This document shows, one piece after another, positions 9,805 to 19,059 of a stretch of 64,000 bases of DNA. The position numbers and the translations under genes were made by a program. The notes beneath the pieces are model-generated. The model did not search any database. It was not told the origin of the DNA and saw only the letters and a program-made list of their open reading frames with translations. Positions within the stretch are counted from its first letter, which is position 1; every line of letters starts with the position of its first letter. Source of the DNA: Candidatus Magasanikiibacteriota bacterium (GTDB taxonomy: Bacteria > Patescibacteriota > Patescibacteriia > Magasanikbacterales > UBA922); the NCBI GenBank assembly GCA_041674805.1, contig JBAYVA010000001.1:198612-262611 (forward strand), read 5' to 3'.

Positions 9805-10572
9805 ATGGAAGAACAAAACACACAAAAAGGCATCTTTGATGTAATGACTCCACAACAAACATTTGTTTTTGGTTTGGTCGGAGGAGTATTAGTACTTTGT
9901 ACTTTGGGATTTTTTATTTTGCTTGGCATTATGCTAAAAGGCGGGGATAGTTTGCCAAAAAATAACAATGTAAATACAGGTAATAATGTAGTAGAAAATA
10001 ACAATTTACCACAACCTAGTGCAGAAATAGTGATCAAAGATGTAGATACAAAAAAAGATCATATTCGTGGCAATAAAAATGCCAAAATAACTATCGTAGA
10101 ATTTTCTGATACAGAATGTCCATTTTGTAAAAGATTTCATGAAACTATGAAACAAATCATTGACAAATATGGTGATGATGTTAGATGGGTATATCGTCAA
10201 ATGCCTCTTGATGGTTTGCATAAAAAAGCTCGTACAGAAGCACTTGCTACAGAATGTGCGGCTGACCAAGGTAAATTTTGGGAATATATTGATTTGATTT
10301 ATGGAAGAACTACATCAAACGATGGTTTGGATTCAGCTCAATTACCACTTTTTGCCAAAGAAGTTGGTATCAATGTAAACAAATTTCAAACTTGTTTAGA
10401 CAACAAACAATTTGCTAGTGAAGTACAAGCAGATGAAGCTGATGGACAAGCTGCTGGTGGTCAAGGTACTCCATACTCAGTACTTATCGGACCAAATGGT
10501 GAAAAATCTGCTATCAACGGAGCTTATCCTTATGAACAAGTAGAACAAATGATTCAACAATACTTAAAATAA
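9805..10572 (+). CDS. DsbA-family thiol:disulfide oxidoreductase, membrane anchored. The ORF track starts at 9733; M9805 is preferred.
   Basis: CPFC active site (ECPFCKRFHE), an N-terminal TM anchor and a thioredoxin fold. Confidence 0.75.
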   Translation: MEEQNTQKGIFDVMTPQQTFVFGLVGGVLVLCTLGFFILLGIMLKGGDSLPKNNNVNTGNNVVENNNLPQPSAEIVIKDVDTKKDHIRGNKNAKITIVEFSDTECPFCKRFHETMKQIIDKYGDDVRWVYRQMPLDGLHKKARTEALATECAADQGKFWEYIDLIYGRTTSNDGLDSAQLPLFAKEVGINVNKFQTCLDNKQFASEVQADEADGQAAGGQGTPYSVLIGPNGEKSAINGAYPYEQVEQMIQQYLK

Positions 10573-10617
10573 GCAATTTAAGCAAAGTAAGCAGAATAGG
10601 CAGATTAAGTAGATTTT

Positions 10618-10653
10618 AAAAAACGTTCTCAGAGTTGAGAACGTTTTTTTGTT
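10618..10653. terminator. Hairpin terminator (aacgttctca-gagt-tgagaacgtt plus T7) between convergent genes
   Basis: 10-bp stem and a T-run. A sibling of this sequence occurs at 52670. Confidence 0.6.
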
Positions 10654-10665
10654 TTTGAATTATTT

Positions 10666-11310
10666 TTAATCTTTCATGAGAAAATTCATGGCTTGGTAGC
10701 CTTTGCCATACATATCTTTTTCAAAATTTTCTAAAAATTCATCCATAACTTTTTTCGTTTCGATATTTTCTATTCTTTCTGTAAGTTTGTAAATATGATT
10801 AGAGACAAAAGTTTTGCGCCAATCAAAGTTTTCGTGTTCGTATTTAGTATTATAATTTATATGTTCTAAATAAAATTGATGATCAATTTGGTCAATTATT
10901 TTACAAACTATTGCCTCATCATTTGCTTTTGTATTCATCTCCACAAATATTTCTTTTAGATCGTTGTCATCATCCAGGTATGAAGTTATAAGTTCAATCG
11001 CTCTTTCACCTATTTTATCTTTATGTTCTTTTAAATCAGAATATTTTCTATTTAATGGAGCGGACACATCACCTCCGAATAGTTCACCTAGATCGTGAGT
11101 TAGTAGCATTTTTAGAAGTTTATTTGAATCAAAATTTTGATTAACTTTCTTTATTTTTCCTCCTAAAATCATCGCCATCATTCCACAAGTATAGTGGTGT
11201 TCAGCCAAACTTGGTAATTCGTATGATTTTATACCACCAGGCGTAAAACCAGTTAGCAGTTGTTCTTTGGTAAGTTGTAAGATAGAGAATAATTGTAAAA
11301 TTTTTTGCAT
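10666..11310 (-). CDS. HD-domain phosphohydrolase
   Basis: H...HD motif (LLTHDLGELFGGDV). Confidence 0.6.
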   Translation of the reverse strand: MQKILQLFSILQLTKEQLLTGFTPGGIKSYELPSLAEHHYTCGMMAMILGGKIKKVNQNFDSNKLLKMLLTHDLGELFGGDVSAPLNRKYSDLKEHKDKIGERAIELITSYLDDDNDLKEIFVEMNTKANDEAIVCKIIDQIDHQFYLEHINYNTKYEHENFDWRKTFVSNHIYKLTERIENIETKKVMDEFLENFEKDMYGKGYQAMNFLMKD

Positions 11311-11322
11311 AAAATATTTTTT

Positions 11323-11952
11323 TTATTTTTCAAAAGGATTCAAATTTTGTTTTAAAATATTTTCAATTGGTTTGAAAAGTGGAGTTGGTAATTCTTCCCA
11401 AGTCAACCAAGACCATTCTAACCATTTATTTGGCTCTTTTACTTTTTCTTGTCCAGAAAGATAATTAGCTAAAAGAAAAATAGTGATATAATGTTGGTTG
11501 TCTTTTTCCATTATGTCATTTGTTGTTGCAAAAAATCGTATATTATTAATTTCAATATCGGTTTCTTCTTTGGTTTCTCTTTTGGCGCATTCTTCCCAGC
11601 TTTCTCCAAATTCTAAATGTCCACCAGGAAAACTATGGGTATTTGTTCCAAGTTTGCTTATTCGTTTTCCTATTAAAACTTTGTTATCTTTCATTATAAT
11701 TACACCAATACCTACTTTTGGTCTTTCTGTTTTTTCTTTTATAAATTCAAAACGTGGCATTTTCTTACCTTCCCATTCTACTTCTTCCAAAAAGTTTGAA
11801 ATAGGTCTAACCCAATAGTCACAAAAATTTTGTTCATAAAGCGGTTTGTAAAGTACTAGGTCTTCCAGAGTAGATTCATATTTGGCAATGCCCATTACTT
11901 CGTATTCGTGGCCTTTGTAGTGGCGATAAATTCCTTTTTTGATTTCTGGCAT
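11323..11952 (-). CDS. DUF1653-NUDIX hydrolase fusion protein
   Basis: N-terminal YRHYKGHEYEV...LVLYKPLY (DUF1653) and a Nudix box GGHLEFGESWEECAKRETKEETDI. Confidence 0.7.
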   Translation of the reverse strand: MPEIKKGIYRHYKGHEYEVMGIAKYESTLEDLVLYKPLYEQNFCDYWVRPISNFLEEVEWEGKKMPRFEFIKEKTERPKVGIGVIIMKDNKVLIGKRISKLGTNTHSFPGGHLEFGESWEECAKRETKEETDIEINNIRFFATTNDIMEKDNQHYITIFLLANYLSGQEKVKEPNKWLEWSWLTWEELPTPLFKPIENILKQNLNPFEK

Positions 11953-12205
11953 AGTTATATTATTATAGATGATTTAATCATAGCAAAAATAGGCAGAATA
12001 AGCAAAGTAAGCAGAGTAGGCAGAATAAGTAAATTTTATTTGAATATTTGGATAATTTATCTAAACAAAGCTATTTTTAAGATATGAACAATTGAATGTT
12101 TGAAAGAAAATAGCTATAATATACGTATTAATTGATGACTACGTGGATAACTGTTGTTTTTTACTAATGTGATTTGTAATAAATAGCGTAGTAATTCTAT
12201 AAATT

Positions 12206-12778
12206 ATGATGATTTTTGATGATTCTTTTTACGAAAAAACTGATAATGAATTAGTAGCCTTAAGTCTGCAAAATCAAGAATATTTTGTACATTTGGTACG
12301 TAGATACGAAAGAAAATTATTGTCTTATATCATACGTATTTCAGGTATAAAATATGAAGATGCCGAAGATGTTTTGCAAGATGCTTTTGTCAGTATGTTT
12401 TTGAAGTTGAACAGTTTTGATCCCAAAATGAAATTTTCTTCTTGGGCTTATCGTATAGTACACAATCAGACTATTACAGATTTTCGTAAAAGAAAAGTAA
12501 GGCCAGTGCAATATTTTGAAGAGAGTGATCTGATAAAATTGGTAGATAGCATGGAGACGGACAATCATTTTGACAAAAAGTTGTTGAAAGAAGAGATTAC
12601 TACTATTTTGGATAAGATGGATGAAAAATATAGGGAAGTATTGGTCTTAAAATTTTTGGAAGAAAAAGATTATAATGAAATATCAGATATCTTGAAAAAA
12701 CCAGTAGGAACGGTTGGGACTTTGTTAAATAGAGCTAAGAAAAAATTTCGTTCAATATATGAAAAAATAAATAAATAA
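12206..12778 (+). CDS. ECF-type RNA polymerase sigma factor (sigma-70 family, regions 2 and 4)
   Basis: FSSWAYRIVHNQTITDFRKRK (region 2) and YREVLVLKFLEEKDYNEISDILKKPVGTVGTLLNRAKKKF (region 4 HTH). Confidence 0.8.
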   Translation: MMIFDDSFYEKTDNELVALSLQNQEYFVHLVRRYERKLLSYIIRISGIKYEDAEDVLQDAFVSMFLKLNSFDPKMKFSSWAYRIVHNQTITDFRKRKVRPVQYFEESDLIKLVDSMETDNHFDKKLLKEEITTILDKMDEKYREVLVLKFLEEKDYNEISDILKKPVGTVGTLLNRAKKKFRSIYEKINK

Positions 12779-12779
12779 T

Positions 12780-13574
12780 ATGACAGATTTAGCAAAAAAA
12801 ATATTAGAGACAATCAAAGAAAAAAAATTGAAGCCAGATGCTAGAATCAAATTTTTGATAATTAGTTATTTTTGGGCATTTTTGGCTTTTTTGATGGTTG
12901 TTTTTGGTTCTTTGGCTGTTTCAGTAATGATTTTTTATTTGAAAAATGAAGATTGGGAAATGTATAGTAAAGCCGGTTTTTCCAAATTGAATATGATACT
13001 TTTGTCTGTTCCTTATTTTTGGATTATTTTGTCAGCTTTGTTTATTCTTGGAGCTTATTACAATTTTCGTCATACTAAATTTGGTTATCGTTATAGATTT
13101 TCAATTGTTGTAGCTATTTATTTTGTCTTTACTTTGTTAGTTGGTTCTTTGTCTTATTCTTTGGGAGTAGGTGAAAAAATGGAAGGAATGTTTTACAACA
13201 ATAATTTGGTTTTTTATGGCAAAATGTTGGATAAAAGACAAGAAATGTGGCACAAACCAGATATGGGATTTGTCATTGGCGAGGTAATTTCTATGGATTT
13301 GAGAAAAAATCAAATAAAATTAATTGATCCTGAAAATAATGAATGGATTGTAGATATTTCCAAAGCAATTTTACCTCCATTTTTGTCGCTTGATATGCCA
13401 CACAAAATAAGAGTAATAGGAAAAATTATTTCTAATAACGAAATAAAGGCTGAAATAATTAAACCATTTTTTATTGAACCAGATAGGGATTGTCTCAATG
13501 ATCCTCGAGGATGTAATTTGATTCATCGACCAATGATGAAAGAAAACATGATTAGATTGCGTATTATTAATTGA
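12780..13574 (+). CDS. Membrane protein, candidate anti-sigma factor (start is 2 nt after the sigma-factor stop)
   Basis: Four TM helices plus a C-terminal extracytoplasmic domain. The call rests on position only. Confidence 0.4.
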   Translation: MTDLAKKILETIKEKKLKPDARIKFLIISYFWAFLAFLMVVFGSLAVSVMIFYLKNEDWEMYSKAGFSKLNMILLSVPYFWIILSALFILGAYYNFRHTKFGYRYRFSIVVAIYFVFTLLVGSLSYSLGVGEKMEGMFYNNNLVFYGKMLDKRQEMWHKPDMGFVIGEVISMDLRKNQIKLIDPENNEWIVDISKAILPPFLSLDMPHKIRVIGKIISNNEIKAEIIKPFFIEPDRDCLNDPRGCNLIHRPMMKENMIRLRIIN

Positions 13575-13624
13575 TAGTGAGCTCACACAATTTTAATCTA
13601 TTTTAATCGAGATAATAAAAATAT

Positions 13625-14271
13625 ATGAAAAAAACGACTTTAGGTATCTTTGGTATTTCGGCATTAGGATTAGCTTTGGCTAGTACAGGTATTGCTCAAG
13701 CAGCTAATAATAATTCTAGTCAAAACACAAGCATGACTAGAAAAAATTTTGATGGAAATCGTTATAATCAAATGCAACAAATTTTTGAAGCTACTGATTA
13801 TAATTCTTGGAAAAAACTAGTTTCTCAAGATGAAAGAGCTAGCAGAATTTTGGAAGTTATCAATGAAAGTAATTTTCCAAAATTATTGGAAATGCACAAA
13901 TTGATGCAAGCGGGTGACAAAGATAGTGCTAACGCTATTCGTGAAGAATTAGGTCTAAAACAAAATGGCAAAATGGGTAGAGGCCCTTTTGATAAAGAAT
14001 CCTATGAAATTACAAAAACAGCAATAGAAGATTCAGATTATGCTGCTTGGAAAATAGCTGTTGCTCAAATGCCAAATGCAGAAAATATGCTAGCCCCAAA
14101 ATAACTGAAAATAATTTTTCTAAACTTGTAGAGATGCATAATCTTATGCAAGCAGGGGATAGAGAAGCTGCTGAGACTATTCGTGAAGATCTTGGATTAG
14201 AAAAATTTGGTATGGGCAAAGGCGGTATGATGAGAGGTGGTAGAAACTTTGAAAAAAATACTGCTAAATAA
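13625..14271 (+). CDS. Secreted protein with two about 60-aa internal repeats. It is split into ORFs 13625-14104 and 14047-14271 by a -1 frame change at the C_CCA_AAA heptamer (14095-14101), which is immediately followed by a TAA stop.
   Basis: Signal peptide. The repeat ESNFPKLLEMHKLMQAGDKDSANAIREELGL recurs as ENNFSKLVEMHNLMQAGDREAAETIREDLGL in the -1 frame. Confidence 0.5.
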
Positions 14272-14399
14272 CAAAATTAGAAACCTTTTTATTCATTTTT
14301 CACTTTTAGAGTGAAAAAGCAATTAAAAACACGCTGACCAAACATTAGCGTGTTTTGCTTTTTTGTGATAAAATATTTGTATAAATTATTAATTTTTTT

Positions 14400-14846
14400 A
14401 TGGAAAATCAAAATCAAATAGCTAATATAAAAAAAATGTCTTGGATTTTTTGGTTTAGTTTTTTAGCTGCTATTTTTATTTATACTTATATTGTCTATAC
14501 ATTGAGTAATGTTCCAAGTCAAGACTTGTCGCCTGTGAGTTCTACAATGAAAAATGTTTTTTATGTTTTGTCTATTATTTCTGCGATAATTTCTTTATTT
14601 GTGGTAGATCGTGTTTTCAAAAGTAAATTTGATAAACAAAATCAAACAACTCAAATTGACAAATATGAAGCTTTGAAACTTTATTATACTTATTTTATTA
14701 TCAAATTAGCTTTTGCTGAAAGTATAGTCGTTTTTGGATTGGTTTTGTCTTTTATGGGTAGTGAAAAGATGAGTATATTTCTTCCTTTTGCTATTTTTTC
14801 TTCTTTGGTTTTGCTTTTCAACAGACCAAAAGAAACTAATATTTAA
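14400..14846 (+). CDS. Hypothetical membrane protein (4 TM)
   Basis: ORF with hydrophobic segments; no recognisable motif. Confidence 0.4.
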   Translation: MENQNQIANIKKMSWIFWFSFLAAIFIYTYIVYTLSNVPSQDLSPVSSTMKNVFYVLSIISAIISLFVVDRVFKSKFDKQNQTTQIDKYEALKLYYTYFIIKLAFAESIVVFGLVLSFMGSEKMSIFLPFAIFSSLVLLFNRPKETNI

Positions 14847-14855
14847 GTTTTTATT

Positions 14856-15593
14856 ATGAACAAAAAAAATATCTTAATTTTGGTTTCGTCAATTTTATTG
14901 GTAGCAATTGCGTTGTTTGCTTATATGTTTTTGAACAAACAAAAACCTATTGAAGAAGTAGTACAGTTTGAAGAAATTCTCTTGGTAGATGATAAGGGAT
15001 ATTCAAATATAAATACTTTAAATTTAGATAAAAATTTGGAAAAAACTAAGATAGTAGAGTTGTCTAAAGTAGAAATAGATGATTTGTCTTTTATGAGAGA
15101 AGAAGAAAAGATGGCTCATGATATTTACAAAGTTTTGTTTGATAATTTTGGACAAATTGTTTTTGAAAATATTTATAAAAGTGAACAAACACATACTGAA
15201 GCTATCAAAAAACTTTTGGACAAATATGAATTGGGAGATATTGTGAGAGACAACAACGTAGGTTCTTTTGAAAATGCTGAATTAAAAAAGATGTATATAG
15301 AATTGTTGGAAAAAGGCACAAAGACAATAAAAACTTCTTTTGAAGTGGGTGCTATGGTAGAAGAAATAGATATTTTGGATTTGCAAGAAAAAATAAAAAA
15401 TACAGATAAACAAGATATTATTTTTGTTTACGAAAATTTGATGAAAGGATCTCGCAATCATTTGCGTGCTTTTGTTAAAAATTATGAAAATTTAACTGGT
15501 CAAAAATATGTACCGCAATATTTATCACAAGCAGAGTATGATAATATTTTGAGTATGCAAGTAGAAAGAGGCAATAATAAAAACAATAAATAA
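14856..15593 (+). CDS. Ferritin-like domain protein (DUF2202-like), membrane anchored
   Basis: EEEKMAHDIYKVL...NIYKSEQTHTEAIKKLLDKYEL ferritin-like diiron-type helix pair. Confidence 0.5.
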   Translation: MNKKNILILVSSILLVAIALFAYMFLNKQKPIEEVVQFEEILLVDDKGYSNINTLNLDKNLEKTKIVELSKVEIDDLSFMREEEKMAHDIYKVLFDNFGQIVFENIYKSEQTHTEAIKKLLDKYELGDIVRDNNVGSFENAELKKMYIELLEKGTKTIKTSFEVGAMVEEIDILDLQEKIKNTDKQDIIFVYENLMKGSRNHLRAFVKNYENLTGQKYVPQYLSQAEYDNILSMQVERGNNKNNK

Positions 15594-15595
15594 AA

Positions 15596-15630
15596 TAAAA
15601 AAGGCCACCGTGTTAGGTGGTCTTTTTTTG
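15596..15630 (+). terminator. Hairpin terminator (aggccacc...ggtggtct followed by T7)
   Basis: Read directly from the sequence. Confidence 0.55.
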
Positions 15631-15641
15631 TAGTTTTTATT

Positions 15642-16175
15642 TTAAGAAATTTTTTGAGTTTTTCTTATAGCAAAAATTTTTGATTGAAGCAATATTAATT
15701 CAGCTACTCCTACAAACATAGTTACATAAAACATATCAGCAATCAAACTGTTGCGGAAAAAAGGTAATGCCATATAATAACTTTGTATCAAGCCAGCAAA
15801 ATTGTGAGTATACATTGTACCAAAAGCCCAGACACTAAAATTGGTGATTAAGAAGAATAAAGCAGAACCAGCAATAGTAGCAAAAACTGTATTAGTGATA
15901 TTTTTGTGTTGTTTTAACCAAGTACCAAGTAGAGTAGCCAAGATAAAACTAGCATAAACACTAAACATGATTGGTAAAGAATAAAATCCCAAGAAAATAT
16001 CGCTTATAAGCATAGCTACAACGGGAATGATAACATTGAGCCTATGAGGTAAATAAAGCCCGGAAAAGAGAGCTAGAGCCATTATAGGAGCGAAATTAGC
16101 AGGGTGAGGGAGTAATCGTAGTACAAAGCCAACGATTATCATTGTAACTATTAGAATTAGGTGTTTTTTGTTCAT
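15642..16175 (-). CDS. ECF-transporter S-component-like (substrate capture) membrane protein. It is the last gene of the DUF4430/alpha-toroid operon and a candidate cobalamin S component.
   Basis: 177 aa with 5-6 TM helices and an LRLLPHPANFAPIMALALFSG N-terminal signature resembling the S-component/DUF6580 family. Confidence 0.4.
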   Translation of the reverse strand: MNKKHLILIVTMIIVGFVLRLLPHPANFAPIMALALFSGLYLPHRLNVIIPVVAMLISDIFLGFYSLPIMFSVYASFILATLLGTWLKQHKNITNTVFATIAGSALFFLITNFSVWAFGTMYTHNFAGLIQSYYMALPFFRNSLIADMFYVTMFVGVAELILLQSKIFAIRKTQKIS

Positions 16176-16259
16176 AGGTGTTAAAGGCTTGAAATGCCTG
16201 AAAAGCTAGAAAGGCTCAAAAGGCTTTAATGTGTGAATATTATAGCAGTGTTTATTATA

Positions 16260-18470
16260 TTAGACAAATAATTTGAAGACAAGAAAAAGTCCATATAATA
16301 ATGCACCTAAACCTAGCGAAATTGCTATTTTTTTATTTGCTGGTAATTTTTCTTGTTCTGTAGTTTCAGATATATTTTCTGAAGAATTATCAACATCTTC
16401 AAAAATTTCTTCATCTTCAGTTTCTTCTACTGAATCTTGTTCTTCTACTATTTTTTCACCACGTGTTTCTTCTATTTTTGGATTATTATTTGAATTATTT
16501 TTTGGTTTAGAATTTGTTTTTGCTATATCTAATATATTTTCTTCTATAGTATAAAGCACTGGTAAAATTTCCATGTCTTGTTCATTTTCTGCTACTTCTA
16601 CTATTTCTTCGGTACTAGTTGGCATTTCTTCTTCTAAAACAATTTCAATTGTAGTTGTAGGGATTTGTAGAGTGGTGGTTGCTGTATTTGAATTTGAAAT
16701 ATTTTCATTTGAAATGTTTGTTTTAGAAAAATCTTTTAAAATTTCATTCCAATTTTTATTCAAATAAGCTGGGATAGCATAAGATGTAATCCAAACCCTG
16801 GTTTGTTCAGTATTCTCTTCTTTTGAGGATATTCCACCATCTGATTGTTGTGCTGATTTTAGATAATCACTAGGTGTAGTTCCATTTTTATTCCAATCAT
16901 TTTCATTTTCATCAAGTGCATCAATAGCTTGTAGTGCCCAAGTTGTAGAAAATAAATTTGAATTAAAACTAGAATTATTATCTTGTTTTGATTTTAAATA
17001 ATTTTTTGCAGACTCAATTGCTAATATCACATTTTCATTTGTAGTATTCAAAGATTTTAAAGCTTGGATAGCTGCTGCAGTCATATCTATATCACCAAAA
17101 TTACCTATTTTAGTATTTTGTTTAGAAAGTAAAAAATCAGTGCTTATTTTGATTATTTCATCTTCATAGTTATAACCAGCATTAACAAGAGTAATAATAC
17201 CAAATATATCATCATTATAAAGAGTATTTTCGCCTATTTGTTTTCCATCAAAACTCTCTATTATTTTTTGAATATAATTTATAGAAGATGAATTATATGG
17301 ATTTTTATCTAAAGACATTAAAGCCATGGCTCTACGTTCATAATCTGTTATTTCAGAATTATCTGAAAGGGGATTATTTATTAAATAATTTGCAATACTT
17401 TCTTTTTGTTGAGAATTATTTGAATAGCTACCATAAGCAATTGCTGCCCAATCAGTATATAATGTAGAATCAAAAAAATTTCCGTTTTCAATTTTTGAGT
17501 TTAGATATACAAAAGCATTATCTATAAAATTATTTGTTGTATTAGATGAAGAGGATCCATTACTTTCAGATGGAGTATTTGTTGTTATATCATTTTCTTC
17601 TTCAGTGTTGTTAGAATTTTCTACTGGATTTATAGTCATTATTTCACTAGTAATAAATCCATTTTTTTTGGCATAAATTGTATAAGGTGTGGTAGTTGTA
17701 ATAAATAATTCATAAATACCGTCTTCATCAAAAATTTCTTCACCATTTAAAAATAATGTGCTACTAGCTGAATTTGATAATATTTCGTTCCAATTTTCAT
17801 CGTAACCAGAAGATTCTTTGATATTTAAAGTAGTTGTTGAATTTACAAAAGGTGTAGTAGTAGAAGTTTCAATTTTTAATTGAGATAATCCGTAAAATAA
17901 ATAAATATTTTCTTGTTCTTCTAATATTTCTTGATTAAGACCTTTGGTACCTGGTACATAATAATTATTGTACCATAACCAATAATTAAAATCAGAACCA
18001 TCATAATTATTTATTTTATTTAAAAAAACTTGATCACTATACCAATTTCCTAAAATAGCCCAATCTTTTTCTTTAGATAATTGTTGAATTGCACACCAAG
18101 CATTCAAAGTATTCTCTGTTCCGTTTTCAGTATTTGGACAAGCTGTAACAATAAAATCATTACTATATAATTCTTGATCATAAGTTTGTATTTGAAGATG
18201 AATTGTTGTCGTTGGCAATGGTTCAATTACAATATCATTATTTGGAATTTCTTCTGGTGTAGGTTCTTCAGTACTAGCTACTAAATTATTATCAGTGCTT
18301 AAAATAGCATTCTCAACTATAATTTCATCTTTTGTTTCTGTACTTTCTAAAATAAGAGGAACTTCTTCGGGATTTTCTCCCTCAGCATAAGCAAAATTTG
18401 ATATAGTCAAATTGCCAAATAAACTAAAGATTAAAACTAAATTTATTATTTTAAAATTTACTTTTTTCAT
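16260..18470 (-). CDS. Cell-surface protein with a prenyltransferase/squalene-cyclase-like alpha-alpha toroid repeat domain (transcobalamin alpha-domain-like) and a C-terminal TM anchor
   Basis: Signal peptide. Repeated helical-hairpin motifs (TDWAAIAYGSY, ERRAMALMSL, MTAAAIQALKSL, TTWALQAIDAL). Acidic region followed by a TM anchor at the C-terminus. Confidence 0.55.
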   Translation of the reverse strand: MKKVNFKIINLVLIFSLFGNLTISNFAYAEGENPEEVPLILESTETKDEIIVENAILSTDNNLVASTEEPTPEEIPNNDIVIEPLPTTTIHLQIQTYDQELYSNDFIVTACPNTENGTENTLNAWCAIQQLSKEKDWAILGNWYSDQVFLNKINNYDGSDFNYWLWYNNYYVPGTKGLNQEILEEQENIYLFYGLSQLKIETSTTTPFVNSTTTLNIKESSGYDENWNEILSNSASSTLFLNGEEIFDEDGIYELFITTTTPYTIYAKKNGFITSEIMTINPVENSNNTEEENDITTNTPSESNGSSSSNTTNNFIDNAFVYLNSKIENGNFFDSTLYTDWAAIAYGSYSNNSQQKESIANYLINNPLSDNSEITDYERRAMALMSLDKNPYNSSSINYIQKIIESFDGKQIGENTLYNDDIFGIITLVNAGYNYEDEIIKISTDFLLSKQNTKIGNFGDIDMTAAAIQALKSLNTTNENVILAIESAKNYLKSKQDNNSSFNSNLFSTTWALQAIDALDENENDWNKNGTTPSDYLKSAQQSDGGISSKEENTEQTRVWITSYAIPAYLNKNWNEILKDFSKTNISNENISNSNTATTTLQIPTTTIEIVLEEEMPTSTEEIVEVAENEQDMEILPVLYTIEENILDIAKTNSKPKNNSNNNPKIEETRGEKIVEEQDSVEETEDEEIFEDVDNSSENISETTEQEKLPANKKIAISLGLGALLYGLFLVFKLFV

Positions 18471-19050
18471 ATTTCCATTCTATATTATCCCCCGAATTAA
18501 CTTTTTGATAACTAATACCTATATTGGCACTTTTGCCATTTAGGTAGTAAATCCAATATAGTCCTTTTTCATTATCATTTTTTAAATTATTTATTTCTGT
18601 TACAAATTTTCCCATGCTACCGTAATCTTTTGTTTGAAAAATAAATTCAGATTTATTTTCATTTTGCAATTGTTGCATGAGTTTTTCTAGAATAATATTT
18701 TCTTCAGAAAAATTTATACGATAATTTTTATCATTGACTTTGAAATCTGCAAAGTAGGGAAGTTCTAATACTATTTTTTCTGTTTCTTTTGTACTTGTTG
18801 AGGTATTTGTTGCTACTATTTTTTCATTATTTTTTTTAATAGTAGGACTTGTTTTATTGATAGTTACTTTTGATTTTTCAATAATTGTTTTTTTTTCTTC
18901 TGGTTTATTTTCTGTTTGTTCTATTTTTTCAGCTTGCAAAATTTCTTCATTTTTTTTCAAATTTGTTTCTGGACGAAGAAAGAAAATTAACGAAGAAAAA
19001 AGAAGGGCAAAAAATATCAGCAAATGATATTTCCAATTTATTTTTTTCAT
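18451..19050 (-). CDS. DUF4430 (transcobalamin-like C-terminal/beta domain) protein, membrane anchored
   Basis: C-terminal GLYWIYYLNGKSANIGISYQKVNSGDNIEWKY matches the DUF4430 YW.Y.VNG...G...Y.LKdGD.I.W.Y signature. Confidence 0.6.
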   Translation of the reverse strand: MKKINWKYHLLIFFALLFSSLIFFLRPETNLKKNEEILQAEKIEQTENKPEEKKTIIEKSKVTINKTSPTIKKNNEKIVATNTSTSTKETEKIVLELPYFADFKVNDKNYRINFSEENIILEKLMQQLQNENKSEFIFQTKDYGSMGKFVTEINNLKNDNEKGLYWIYYLNGKSANIGISYQKVNSGDNIEWKYEKSKF

Positions 19051-19059
19051 AAAAAAAAT

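Noticed and set aside
16273-16767. Plus-strand ORFs antisense to the 3' end of the alpha-toroid surface protein
   Set aside because: Shadow ORFs created by the acidic, E/S-rich C-terminal coding region on the other strand.
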